A DNA stretch of 64,000 nt from Lophium mytilinum (Eukaryota). Both the position numbers and the translations under genes were made by a program. The DNA lies in contig MU004199.1 of assembly GCA_010093605.1 (NCBI GenBank), positions 372,001-436,000 on the forward strand. The letters run 5' to 3'. The notes beneath the pieces are model-generated. The model saw only the letters and a list, made by a program, of their open reading frames with translations. It did not search any database and had not been told where the DNA came from. Shown piece after piece: positions 13,252-27,002 of the stretch. Within the stretch, counting starts at the first letter, position 1, and each line of letters opens with the position of its first letter.

Positions 13252-13603
13252 CCCTTCAGGACACCCCCGCAGGCCAGTCGCTATTGCTCTTCGTGTCTGT
13301 TCTTGCTTCAAACTCGCTCTGGTCGGTTCTAGTAGGCGTATGCCGAACGGGGGCCAGATGTCTTGTGCGGGCACCAACACAAGGCTAGGTTGATCTGGTC
13401 TCGGTGCTCGGTGGAAGTTGGTGTTTGACCCTTCAGGACGCCCCCGCAGACCAATCGCCATTGCTCTTCGTGTCTGTTCTTGCTTCAAACTCGCTCTGGT
13501 CGGTTCTAGTAGGCGTATGCCGAACGGGGGCCAGATGTCTTGTGCGGGCACCAGCGCAAGGCTTGGCTGATATAGTCTCGGTGCTTGGCGGAAGTTGGTG
13601 TTC
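13248..13603. repeat. near-perfect direct tandem duplication, 177-bp unit x2
   Basis: ACCCTTCAGGAC..TTGCTCTTCGTGTCTGTTCTTGCTTCAAACTCGCTCTGG at 13251 and 13428; it begins at the TG3 stop codon. Confidence 0.9.
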
Positions 13604-13769
13604 ATCCTGTAAGACGCTCAAGAGGAGGGTGAGGTGGGGTGAGGAGAAGGGGGTTTCTGGATAGTCTGATGGGTACACGGGTTCACCAGGCCGCACGGAC
13701 TGAAGAGGGGGGCATTGGTTCTCTGGCTTTACGCCGGACACTGAAGTCTTCCATGAGCTGCTTTGCATA

Positions 13770-16700
13770 CTGCTAGCCACCGTCTGGCGTCCCTTGACAT
13801 GCATTCGCCAGTCTGCATACGATGTCAAGTTCTGGAGCCAGTGCATCTAGTCTGGGCTTTTTGTATCTGATTGATAGCTGGCTATCGTATCTCTTTGGGT
13901 GAACGGTGAGTACTAAAGCCTTCTTCACATACAATTGCATGCTGCTTACCGCTGTTTAGAGGGCCTCGACATATCATAGATTATGCAGGCAGGATATCAA
14001 GGCCTCGAATATGTACATCAGCTCGCTGGCCTCTACATCGCTTCTCCGCCTACATTCCGCATATCTATAACTTGTCGCCGAGAATTGGACCGCCCTCTGC
14101 GTATCATTGCATACTGCTTGCCACCGTCTAGTGTACCTCAACATGCTGCTCGCCATTTTGGCATGATGTGAAAGACCGCAGCATGTATATCAAATCGTAC
14201 TAATCTACATCTTTCGCACGCCTGTATCTCTCAACTTGGTAGCTATATAGTCCAAATCAGACTCCTCTACATATAGAGTTGTAAGGAGCTTACCACCGTT
14301 TAGAGTACCTCCGTATACTGATAGCTATTTGGGAAGGATGTTAAAGGCAGCATCACATATATTATCCCGCAGTTATCTACATGTGTTCTAGGTTTATCTT
14401 TCTTAACTTCCCAGCTGACGACTTCAGATCGAAACCTTTCATGCATAGCGTTGCATACCGTTTAGCACCGTTTAGTGTACCCCCGTATACTAATAGCAAT
14501 TTAGGAAGGAAGTCAAAGACGGCATCACGTATATCTACCCACAGTTATCTACATGTCTTCTACGCCTATCTTTCTCAACTTCGTAGCTGAATACTTCATA
14601 TCGAACCCTTTTACAAATGGCTTCGCCCACCGTTCGCCGCCGTCAAGGGTGGGTAGGTGGAGTGCTAGCCAAGCGGATAGAATGTCAAGCCCGGAGCCCG
14701 TACATCGAACTACGGCTATCCGCGCTTATTCTACGCTTGCTTTTCTCAACTTCCTAGGTAAATACTTCGATTCAAACCCTCTTATGCATAGCGTTGCACA
14801 CCGTCCGCCGTCGTCAAGGATGGGTGGGTGTAGTGCCATCCAGGCGGATAGAATGTCAAGCTCGGAGCAAGTACATCGAACCACAGCTATCCGCGCGTCT
14901 CCTAGGCCTATTTTTCTCAAATTCCTAGCGATATACTCCAAATCAGAGCCTTTATGTATGGCGTTGCACACCGGTCACCGTCATTAGGAGTAGCTTAGTA
15001 TACTGCCAGCCAAGTAGGTAGGATGTTAAGGCCGGAGCACGTGTATCGGACTATGCCTATTCGCCCTTCTTTTACCCCTATTTTTCTCAACTCCCTAGCC
15101 ATCTAACTCAAATTAGAGTCTTTCGTGCATGGCATTGCACACTGTTCGCCACCGCTAGGAGTAGCTTAGTACACCGCTAGCCCAGTAGGTAGATGTCAAT
15201 GTCTAGAGCACATGTATTAACCCTCAGCTACGTACACCTCTTCAATGCCCAATTTTCGCGACCTCCTAGCCGTATGCCCCAAATCGAAGTCACTTGTGCA
15301 TGGTATTGCATGCGTCTCATCGGCGTCTAGCATGGCCCAGTACACTGCATAAAATATAGGTAGTAAGTAAGATCTTTTAGCTGTGCATCAAGCTGCGGCT
15401 TTCTACAACGGTTTAACACCTCCGAACTAGAACCCTCTAAATGCACGCCGAGAATGGAAGATCCTCATATATGCGTTTGGTTACTGCTAGCCACCGTTTG
15501 GCTTGCCTCGATCGGCTCCTAGGGGTCAAATTCAATGTCACGTTCCCGAACGCGTGTAATAAGCTGCAGCTATTTCTATCTATTTGAAAGCTTGGAACAG
15601 CAACCTCCTAGCTGCGGGCCGGGATTAGGACGTCTTTGTAAATGCATTTGATTACTATTAGCCACCGTCTGACTTGCCTCGAAAGGCTCCTGGGCGTTGA
15701 ATTTAATGTCACGTCCCGGAACACGTGTAACAAGCTACAGCTTCCTAAATGAATTTGAAACTATAAAGCGGCAATCTCTTCGCTGCGCGCCCGGAAAAGC
15801 AGGCTCTCATGCATGCATTTGCTTGCTGCTAGCCACCATATAGCATGCTCGAAAGGCCTGTAGGCGTCAAAATCGATGTCACGTTCTAGAGCACGTGTAT
15901 TAACCTCCAGATCTACACATGTCCTCAACACGTCACCGCAGCAACTATATAGCTGCATGCTGGACATAGAAGGTCTCAGTGCTCAATATTGTGCCTTGCT
16001 TACCATCGCTTGGGTGTCCTCAAAATGAAATCAGAGTCCAAAGTACGATGTCACGTTCCAGGGCACGTGAATGAGGTCCCAGCTTTACCCATCTCCTCCA
16101 CACGATGCTGCATCAGGCATATAGCGGCTAATCAGATATCAAGGCTTCCTATTCGTACACTTGCTGAATGCTAGCCATCGTTTGGCTGCCCTCGACATTA
16201 GACCAGAGTCCAAAATACGATGTCACGTTCCAGGGCACGTGAATCAAGCTTCAGCTTTACATGTCCGCTTAACACGGCGCCGGAGCAGCTAATTATATCG
16301 AGATGGAGATTGAAGCTTTCTATCCATACCGTTGCTTACCGGTAGCCAATGTTCGGCGGTCCTCAACATGAAGCCAGCCTCCAAAAACGATGTCACGTTC
16401 TAGGGCACGCAAATTGAACTGCAGCTTTGCACTTCTCCTTAGTAGGTCGCCGCAGCAGTCAATCGAGGGCGTGCTAGAGATTGAAGCTTCCCTTTCATGC
16501 CACTGCTTACTGGCAGCGATCGTTTGGCTGCCCTCAACATGGAGCCAGACTCCGAAATACGATGTCACGTTCTAGGTCGCGCAGGTCAGCCCCTGGCTTT
16601 AAGTACCCTACTGGCAAGAACTTCTAAGGATCCTTTTGCTTCACACGGTAGATGGGATCCAGGCATGACTGAATTTGCATGCTGTTAGCGACCGTTTGTC

Positions 16701-16900
16701 TTCCCTCAACATGTTGATAATCCGTGAGTAGGATGTCAAACATTCACGTCCGTATATCGAACCACAGCTTCTCAGACTGTTTGGATGCCCCTTCAGCGCC
16801 GTCTCAAGCGCTCCAACGCATTATCCTACTATTATATGAGATATCAAAATCGCGGGTACGTATATCGAGATGCAGCTTTGTATGTACAGGTGTTCAGGCA
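13770..16900. repeat. degenerate ~171-bp tandem array (~18 units)
   Basis: Anchor (G/A)ATGTCA at ~13821, 13993, 14165, 14337, 14681, 14852, 15023 ... 16047, 16219, 16389, 16561, 16732 (spacing 170-172), usually preceded ~40 nt upstream by GCCACCGT(T/C)TG-like text. Confidence 0.8.
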
Positions 16901-17380
16901 TGATCGTGGCCGCGTGAATGTCTCCAACTCACGATTGACCAGTGGAAACAAGTATGAGTTACCAAGGCACCCAGACCACACAACATTCTTCATCTTTTTG
17001 GTAGTTGCTTGCCACTGTGAGAGTGCCCTTAGCTGTGTAGTGCGTCCGCCGTCACAGCGCTACAGAGGATGGGCGCAGCCTACAATACTGTCTGGGCGGT
17101 CCCTGGACGTGTCCACGTGATTATCACGCGTGGGAACAGCTGACATAGGATCGAGTGCCCTCCAGCTAACCTCATTGCGGCCCAAAATGGGTAGTTGAAA
17201 GCCCCAAGAAAGCTGTGAACAGGGGCGCGATCCATTTTAGACGCTCTGGCTAGCAGGCTGCGGTTTGAAACCGTACGGAAGATGCCGCAGGGCCACTGGA
17301 AAATCCGGCTGCCACAATGAAGCCGTCGAGCAGCAACTGGTACCCGGCTACTTTGTGGATCGTTAAACTGTCTAGCGTTG

Positions 17381-17540
17381 ATGAGTCAGCCTGAGTCAGC
17401 AACTGCGGGGCAGTTTCGCGAAACTATATAACCTCGATCGGCCCCCGTCCTCCTGACTTCTTCACAAGCTTTTGCATTATTTGCAGGAGCAGCTCGGACG
17501 ATGACGCAATCTTTTGCTATTTGACGCAATCCTTTGCTAG
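17381..17540 (+). promoter_or_regulatory. bZIP-type site cluster around a TATA box
   Basis: ATGAGTCAGCCTGAGTCAGC (two TGAGTCA, Gcn4/CpcA-type) at 17381-17400; TATATAA ~17425; TGACGCAATC(T/C)TTTGCTA twice at 17502 and 17522. Confidence 0.35.
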
Positions 17541-20500
17541 TTTTGGGTTATGTTCTCCTTTTGGAGGCATTGGCCTTAGAGCTCTCTGGCCTTTTGGCCA
17601 GTTTCACGAGCGGTCTCGTGAAAACTTCCCGCATGACGGGGAGTCCGACGGCACCTTTCGCCTTCCTATGGGGAGGCTGATGGCACCTTCGGGCTTCCTC
17701 ATGTCTGCGGGGGGACAATTTTTGGAACACACGCACACTTTTTTCATTGAATTGCTTGCCTTGTGCAGGTACTCGAAGAAGAATTGGCCTTGCGACGCAA
17801 TCTCTCTTGCCTCTGGCGAGTGATGGAGCTACCAGAGGCCCTGAATGCTGCTCATCACCATTGCCTCTACATTGTGCTCCTCTTCATGGGCTGCTACATC
17901 CTGCTCATCCTCATCTCGCCTTGATTTTGTCGGCCACCGCAACGCCCACATGATCCCTCAGGCCTTGAGGGGATTGTCCGATCACACCATGGATAGACTT
18001 TGCGTTGTCTGTTGCTGACAGCGACCCAGGGTTGATTTGCTTGTCTTCTCAATGTGCGTGACGCACTTTCCCGCTGCTGCGACTTACGTTCGACGGGCTG
18101 GTGCTCCTTGCGTTTTTATAGATTTTGGTCTGTCACCATGCGAAAGGCCTCCTCGTGGGGTTGTAATAGACGCCGCCGTCGTGCTGTTGTGACGTCAGAT
18201 GTGTGGCTACAGACTGTCCCCGGCGGGCAAACCCGTAGTTGTGAGGTGCGCGATTCATATTCCTCTCAAGGAGCTTGCATTGCCCAAGCTCATAGGCAGG
18301 CGCTTCTTCTAGATACCAAAGATGACGCCGTCACGGCGGTGAGGTTAGCTGATGTGACAATTGTGACCCCCCGACGGGATTAGGACGCGCGTCCCAGCTG
18401 CTGTCACGCTCAATGGCGCTCATCAGAGATACATATTCGTCCAGCGTGCTCTTCATGGCTTCGAGAAGTGTGCGCGGTGCGTCCCTGCACCTTGTCTGCC
18501 TGCTGGGGGTGGTCTGCGGCCAGAGCTCCGATTCTATGCCCAAGTCGCTGCAGTTTGCAGACGTTGTCCAAATTTCTAGATGAGCTATGATCTTCATCTT
18601 TGGGAGATCCCGCTTCTCCAAGACGGCCAGCCAGGCTCGGGTGTGGCGGCGAGCATTCCAATGTCGCTGGGAAGCTAAGGAGGCCGACCGAGGAGGGATT
18701 GCGTGTCGCAGATATTGTGACCCGCACACGCCATGCAACTGCCCAGCGAGCCCTTCATCACTATTGCAAAGTGCAGCAATCCTCAAAGGCAGCGCGAATG
18801 AGTGCGGGCGTGTGGTTAGATGGGCGCTGGCGCGGCGGAGAGACTCCCAATGCCGCCAGACAATCAGCGACACATCCAGCAACCTGCCATTAGCCCCCTG
18901 GACGTGCCATGGCTTGCGCCTGTCATCCCTATTCGCGAGAGCCTACGAGATGCATTGGCGATACCAGCTGGTCCAGCAAGGCGCTGCCGAGCTGCGGCGT
19001 CGTCCTCTTTCTAGTCTTTCGTTGCCCCCCTAGAACGGCCACAGTGCGTGGCGAGAGCGGCAAATGGATGTGGAAGCTTCTATACCTTGCACCCACTGAC
19101 ATTGAAACCTCTATCAGCTATCACTGTAGCCAGCGCTCCTCTGCAGCCCTCCCAAATCCCATCGCCGTGCCCCCGCCGCCGCGCCAAGTATCGTGAACTG
19201 CCCCGACCTCATCGAGCCGGCCGAGCAGCCTCAATTCCAAGCCCCAACCATCGTTCATCGCATGTTGCACAACGCCATCCAAATTCCCTGAAAACCCCAG
19301 CTAAGCGGCTTAGCACCCACCATGACCACTCTCCAAACCATCATCAGCGGCGCCTTCATCCTCTCCCTCGCCCTCTCCTCCCTCATCTGCCTAACATTCG
19401 CCGACGGCCCGGAACCCACCTCCCCGCGACCCGCTTCTCACTGCTAGCTTGTTCTACATATTCTGCAAGATCCCTGAGATCGGCCACTGGTTGGCGGAGT
19501 TTGTCCGGCGCTCGCCTCCGGATCTGGAGAAGGAGGCGATGGAGCCGCGCTAGCTCTTGATCCAGGAGCGCGTCGTTCTGCCCCTAATCTGGCAGGCGGG
19601 GCGCGGTGGGCTGGGAGAGAGGCTAAGAATCCAGGCGAGGGGGAAGATGGCCTGGCTGTTCGCTGGTGCTGGTGCTGGCAGGCGCGCCTCGTAGAGGTCG
19701 TCAAGATGGCAGAATTGAAGAGAGGGATAGGCCCTTTGCGGAGCGAAGTCTGCCATCACGGAAGAGGCATGGGAGGCAGGGAACATACCGCATCTTTCCG
19801 CGCGGCGGCGCGAGCAAACACCTTTAGACAAGCTCTTTCATCAGGGGTTGACGGCAGCGGAGGACTCCTACTTCTTCAGACAATGCAAGCCCAGCCTGCG
19901 AGAGCTCCGTACTGCCCGCCCTGGCCACGACGGCGACGGAAAAGCGACCAGTTGAAAATAGGACACCGGTGTCTCAGGCCTTTGTGTTGATGGCCGCGAG
20001 AAATATACCAATTTCGATTGCTGATACGGGTGGTACGAGCCAAAACATCACCGGTGCTCCGGAGACGGCGATGAAGCGACAACAACTTCGACAAGAGAAC
20101 GCTGCCGTCTGCGGTGCGCTACGTGGAGGATATGAGCATAAGAGAATAGTCAATTGAGAAAAGGACGAAACCCACTGTTCCAGCTCTAGCCGCATGGCCA
20201 TATCGTCTTGCCGGCCCTCCAGAGACAGCGACGAACAACACTTTCTTTTGGACACAACGAGACCACTGGCTGAGAGGCTCAGAAGGGCCCGTTTCCACGA
20301 CTCAATGCTCCCAACGACGTCAACGACGAGACGTTGACAAGACCTTCAGGATGAGTCGTACCATTCCATGGGCCTAGGTACGGGCAAAAACACTTTCGAT
20401 GAAACCACTGGCCTTTTGAACGACGCGGAGCCGCCGTCTGAGTTAGCCCTCCGCAACGACCCCTACCAACTCGAGCACAATCGCCTTGACCATCATAATC

Positions 20501-22749
20501 ACAGAAACGTCGTTGAAAACCAGCCGGCAGCTACGTACTAGGAATCCAGGGTGAGACGGGCCAAGCAAGAGCGACACAGCTTTTCCTTCCACGCCTTGGA
20601 AGCTTTTCCTTCGACGCCTTGGAAGCACTGTCTGATGTAGCACCTTGGATAGCTGGGAAAATGAACTCATCATCAACTGCGCGGAGTGCAGACAGGGCTA
20701 GCGCTCATATATTTCCCAAGGTTTCCTAAGGCGGGTAAACTCTGGACAACGAACGCGACACGGACAAACCACAACGACACTGGCTCCGCCTTGTCCTCGT
20801 GAAGTAACCGTCTGAGACGTCTCTATCTATACACAGCAAAACATTTGTATCTTCAAATCCCCAGGATGTGTGCGGAAGCAGCGCCCACGTCATCCTTATT
20901 GGCTTTCAGATCTTGGACATCTACAGGAACACGGCTGCACAACAACGCGCTTACGACTATTTCGACGTCACAATACCGTATGAGCTACATCCACGGATAA
21001 TCGGGAGACAAGCTCAGGTTGAACTACTCTACAATAGATACGGAAGCGGCGCCTACTTTGTCCCGCTAGGGGCCAGCTTTCGGAAGCTCAGAGCACGATC
21101 AGCCAGACGACTAGTTCGTCGCAGTGAGACCTCGGTCTGAGATAGTCAGCATGGGTAGCCAGGCACACAACTCGTACCTTTTTGCGTGGGATCGATATAA
21201 AAGCAGCGCTTACACTCCTTGTTTGCGCGCTAGACCTGAGAAGCCCAGAGTAACACAGCTCACACAACACCGAGCATACGGTTCCTTCGACGCCTGACAC
21301 CACCATATGAGGTAGCCAGCGCGTCAGCCAGACGCACAACTTGTGCGTTCTTGCGCAGAACAGATCTAGCAAACGCCCCTTCGCCGTCGCCACTCTGGCA
21401 GAGATGGAGGCAACTTATGTTCAGCGCGAAAATTACTAGGAGGATACCAGCAACTCCTTGCGCAAAGGGAGAGCGCGGTTCGACATCGTCTAAGAGGTCG
21501 ACTCCTGCGCGGAACAACGAGTGGAACGCCATAGATCTGCCTCCGGGTGTTTGCTTCGTTTCCATTCTCCCACCACACTCCTCATATCCGTCACCACCCC
21601 TTCTCTATCGATTCCGCTCTTCCGCCGCCGTTTTCCACAACATCACCGAGTCTCCCACTTCCCTCTCCACCGACCGCGACAACGCCGCAATCACCCATGC
21701 ATCGACACTGGATATTGTTTGCAGCGCGTCTCCCGCCCTCCGATCCGCGGGTGTAGCTATCTACACACACGCAGATGTTTGCATATCGCTCGGCCGAGGG
21801 GGCTCTTCTTAGCCAAGGTCTATAGACGCAAAGCGCACCCGCTAACAGATTTGGAATTAGACAAGCCTCCAAACGTAACGCACATGAACCAAATCGATAC
21901 TACCCCGATCCATCCTCCCGATCACTTCGAGCCTCGGCCTCCCTCGAAGTGTACAGCACTCATCTTGGGGCAACAATGAATGACCCAGCGGCCCCATACG
22001 CGATGGAATTGTTACAGAACGACAAGGACGACGCCGCCGTGTCGCACAACCTCTGGACAGGCCCGTCGAGCGGGCAAATAACAATCTTCTTAGGAGGACA
22101 ACAACCTCTGCACACGGCCGTGGAGCAAGCGAACAACACCTCCGCACACGCAGCGACAGGACCGCTTCTTGTCATCCAGCCCTCTACAACTTCCGTACAA
22201 CAATCTCAGAACGACAACACCACTCACCCGCCTATCATCACGCGCCGTTTCAAGCCCGTCCCGCGACGTGCAGACGGACGCGCGTGAAGACGACGTCTAT
22301 CCGCAGGCTAAGCGCATTCAAGCTAAGCCCTTGCACACAACTCAGTCCTCTACTTACGAAGATGCGGACAGCGCTCGAACTGTCCATAAGTATGAAGCAC
22401 CACCTACTGACACTTTCAACACAGACTCGGCCCTCCTACACGGAGGACCGAACCGGCAAACACCCAATCACCGCCCTCAGGCCTCCTCGCGACAACATTG
22501 CTTAGAGCGAGGACAGGTACAGCCCCAGCCTCCCCGGAGGGAAACTGTCGTAAGTGTGTTATATTTCAGCGACCCTCCATACAACAACCTCCCGGCCCGT
22601 CCACGAGAGGCGGACGGACCATGCCCTGCGCAGCCGCGACATAGCAAATTGTCAATAGGGGGTCATAAGGAGCCTCGTTTCACACACCCAACAAGCCGCG
22701 GAACAACTACAGTCATCCACGACTGGTACCCCTATATTACGGCCTCTTA

Positions 22750-23200
22750 GTTCTCCATCCAACTACCTACTATTTAGTACTAACTACCTCTGACACCCCC
22801 CCCCGCTTCCCTACCCTACCCACCTAAAGCTACTATACCTAACCTACCCCCTTGTTCCCCTTCTAATCTTAAAGAAACCTAGCTAAGTAAGAATCTAAAT
22901 AATACCCCCTAGTAAGCCTCTATAGCGCCTACCTACCCTTCTAAGGGCAAGAAAAACTAAGAAAACTTAACTTTACATCCGCCGGCATTTTCCCTATCTA
23001 GAATCCCGGCGCTGTGTCTTTAGGCGCATAAATGCTATTTTTCCTGCTAAAAGCTACTATACTTTATTCTAGAGTTTAATATGCTAGTTTAAGCGCTGGG
23101 TATGTAAAACTATGCCTCCGGCTGGGAAAGTAGAGTTTAGGATCCTTTGTTAAATTGCTTGCTTAAGGGAATAGAGATTTTGGTGGAAAGCTGTAGGGCC
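22750..23200. other. AT/TpA-rich patch resembling RIP-mutated repeat relic
   Basis: Abrupt rise in TA dinucleotides and stops in all frames (ctactatttagtactaactacc, aaagctactatac); judged by eye, RIP indices not computed. Confidence 0.4.
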
Positions 23201-25057
23201 ATCGACGGCGAGAAGAGGAGGTAGATATTTATTCAGAGCAATTTAGCGGCGAACGCTGCGAGGCTAACATAGAGAACGGCCGCAGGTATCAAATCCAGCG
23301 GATAAACGCCAGGAAACTGCATCAATAACCTCAAAATGTAGAAATTTCAAACTAGCTAACTAGCTGATGCAGAGGGTCCAGCGACGTCTGTTTCAATAAA
23401 ATCGAATCCGAACGGATTCGAGCACAGAAAAAATTTATCGGTGAGTCCACAGGCTCGAAAGCGGACATCATCGCAATCCATTGGAGGAGGAAGCTGAACT
23501 AGAGACGCAGGCCGTGAACCCGAATTCTGTGAGCGCTATCGGCGTCCAGGATTTGACTACTCTCTAGAAAGCTCGGCGATGATAGAGCAATACAGATCCG
23601 GAGGCTGATTCTTGAGCAAAAGATCGCAGGCAGAAACGAAGACATCTGCGAACGCTGAGGAGATACTTCGGGCTTACAACCCACACCATGGGTGCTGGAA
23701 TGCCGGCAGGACCTGGAAAAAACAACAAGTGGAACGAGCTTGAAGGGGAACGGCTAATGAGGGTTGCTCACTTTCTGTTTTCTTCAACTCCTTCACGACT
23801 TGTCTTGGATATGCCTTTGAAGCACGCTGACAGCCCCAAGGCAGTTGAAGCAGGTGGGCCCATGGAACCTCACCAAGTTGAAGTGGCAACGCTGCGTCGA
23901 GGCATCCTCGGCCCGTTCGTGACGGTGAAGAACTTACAATGCAGCAGGCGTTCCAATAAGGACTTATCGGACGACGCCAAGAAACTTAGAAGAGATGGAG
24001 ATATGGAAAAGCGCCGAGAAAGTTGAAGAGACACGAAGATCAGAAACCACGGCAGATGACGGAGCAGGTCTGCATCGAATGATGATCTCACAAGCGAACC
24101 TGGAACATGCACCTAGCTCCAAATGAAGAGGCGAGACGGCGTGAAGGAGAAAAGAGAAAATTGATCATGCAATTCTTGGAAGAAGCATCGAAAAGGCCAC
24201 CACTGTCCATGGCTTCGAAGAGAATGAGGCAGTCGGAACGCGAAATGATTGAAAGAGATATCGCAAAAATACCGCAATTTATCGGATGCGGCAACGGTAA
24301 TACGATATAGTAGTTCAACGCTCGCGGTAGCACTTACCGGATGGCACGAAGAAAGAAGTGGAGAGACGGCACAGAGATTGATGACTTGAATTCATGGCGA
24401 AGAGGAAAATACGTGGCTGCCCTGCGGGTGTAGATATCCCGAAATTGTAAGGAGAAGATGGAAGATCTGGCAAGATGAAGAGAAAGAGCGGGATCTCCAC
24501 GACGTGAACAGCATTCTCGGGAGACCGCTTTGAAGAATACTCCGGCGACGAAGAAGATCAGAAGAGTCGTGGTGACTGGAAAGCGGAGCCACACCTGCCG
24601 AGAATGTTCAAGATGACTTCACGAATCGATCGCAGCCTATTGGACCCGGACGAAGAGTAACGCGCTTGCGGGAAGACTTAGACATGAGAGAGAAAGAGAT
24701 TTGAAATTTTGAGAAAGAACGGAAGTCAAATATCGAAGTCCATCGTAACCCATCGGGTACGGATTGATATTCCATAGGAGCTAAAATTTTGAAGAATCGG
24801 AGAGAGGTCACCCACCTACTTTTGGGATCCATGGGATGGAATGAAAGCGAGGAAGAAGGAAAAGAAAGACTTACGATGAGTCATAGAGCTGATTGTAGGT
24901 AAGTAACATCAAAGTATTCTAGATGGTGGCTAACGATCCTCATTGGCCAGAAGTCATAGTCGTCAGACTCCGCTTGCTTGACCGAGCTACTGCAAAGGCT
25001 GGCCGAAAGCCGTCTTAATTATCTGGTCTATATCGCCAATGCCGTTGAAGACCGAGA

Positions 25058-27002
25058 TCATTTGATGTCGATATGCTCATTCTCGACGTCCTTGAAGTTG
25101 CCCGCTTTTCCGAAATTGTTATGAGCAATCTCTTCCAAGCTGAGACCTTTCGTCTCATGGAGAAAGAAGAATGTACCGATCGCGATGACGATATCTGCAA
25201 TTCCCCAAAAAAGAAACGTTCCCCTGCCAAGACTGTCAGAAATGCCAAGAGGCGGATGCGTTGGGATGGATGGAGGGTGCATGCGACATTCACCGAGACA
25301 AGAGTGAAGGAAACGAACTTACCATCCCAAGCCGTCGATCATGTATGGCGTCGAAAGAGAGAAGACGAAATTGAAAAGCCATTGAGAAGATACGCCGACT
25401 GCGATGCCAGGCTCCCGGATCCTAGTGGGAAAGATCTCGGAGACATAGGGCCACGGCAGCGGACCCCAGCTGAGATTGTACGCAATCACAAACATGTATA
25501 TCAAAGCCACCGTCGCGATCCCGCTCGAGGTAACGTGTCCGTTCGCGGGGGCGGGTTTGTTCTTGACGATAGCGGCGGCGGAAATCTGGCAGGCTGCCAT
25601 GAATGCTGCACCCCAAATCAGGGATTGTCTTCGGCCGATCCGTTCCGAAAGGAAGAGAACGAAGATACCACAGGCCACGACCTTGATGGCTCCGAAGATG
25701 GCCGTCAAGAGAAGATCCTTATCCCCACCCCCAACTAGGAGCTTGAAGTATTGCGGCCCAAAGTATGCGAACGCCGTGGCACCGGTTGCCTGCTGGGCGG
25801 TAAAGACGGCGAAGGATGTGAAGATGCGTTTGAAGTTGTCCCGTTCGAAGAGTTCTGCACAAGATTAAATTAGTATTCGAGGGTCCATCTTGATTTTGGG
25901 ATGTGGCATCGCACCTTTGATCTGGAAATTCTCGGTCTCTCGTTCCTCGATCTCCACGCCTGTGCGGATCTCCACCATCTCGTCTACGGTATCCTGGGAC
26001 TCGTCGGCCCGGATCCATTTCAGGCTCTCCCATGCTTCCTCGTGTCTGCCCTTCTTGGTGAGCCATCGAGTGCTTTCCTTGAGAGTAAGCATGCCAAAGC
26101 CAAGCATCGCGGCAGGCACGAGCTGGAGACCGATCGGAATTTGCCATTGCTTCGATACGGGAGCGACCCGCTTCGTCATGGCGTAGTCAACCCAGTAGGA
26201 TGTGAATATTCCTGCCAAGTGTTACTATCTTTCGCCAGGTGCTGGTAGTTCGTAATGGGGGAGCCTTACCGAAGGTGTAAAACCACTGAAACAAGGACCC
26301 GATCTGAGCTCTGTACTCCTTTGGCGCCATCTCACTACTGAACATGGGCACAACGACCGAAGCAGCACCTAGTCCGATGCCAGCGACGATGCGGCCGACG
26401 TAGAAGGCGGCGAGGGAGTGGGTGTTGATGGTCTGGATGATGGCGCCGATGCAGAAGACAGCCGAGGACAGCATCAGCGACTTCTTCCGCCCGAGTCTGT
26501 TCGTGATGGGCCATATCACGAAGCAGGCTGCGAAGGCACCGGCCTGCTGCAATCCAACGCTGAGGGAGTTGATTCGGGTTTTGTGTTTGTTCGAGTAGTG
26601 GAAGTCGCTGACGAAGGGCTTGAGGGTCAGGACGCCGCCTACAGATCACGGTTAGCCAGGGGGTAGGAGGGCGGCCGAAGCTGCTCCATACCGACACTGG
26701 CGTGGCATGTCAGTGTCTGAGGCTGCGAAGAGGTGGACGAGAGGAGGAGGATGATGGCGATGGGGTAGTGATGTGGGTGGTGGTGAGGATGGAGGGGGTG
26801 AGGTCAAGAAAAGCTCGAGGCAGGGCCAAAGCTCAGGAAGAAGTTACGCCCAGCCGGACCAACACGACTGCCTTCACTCCCACATCACCAAAACAGGAGA
26901 AAATACACACATTCCAGAGTCGTATCCAAACAAGAAGCCTCCCATGCAGACGACACTGCCTAGCCAGAAGGCCCTGATCTTTCCCAGCGTGGTTGACTTC
27001 AT
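25058..27002 (-). CDS. MFS sugar porter family transporter (quinate-permease-like), 6 exons
   Basis: Exons 27002-26911, 26696-26692, 26638-26270, 26211-25915, 25854-25323, 25223-25058. Motifs GGFLFGYDSG, NRLGRK, SEMAPKEYR, QQATG, WGPLPWPYVSEIFP, ETKGLSLE. Confidence 0.9.

Noticed and set aside
12724..13605. 293-aa minus-strand ORF with an internal 59-aa repeat
   Set aside because: It is antisense to TG3 exon 2 and its repeat is simply the 177-bp DNA duplication.
13770..16900. CRISPR-like or alpha-satellite interpretation of the 171-bp array
   Set aside because: Units are degenerate along their whole length with no repeat-spacer structure; the context is eukaryotic, and the match to the alpha-satellite period is in length only.
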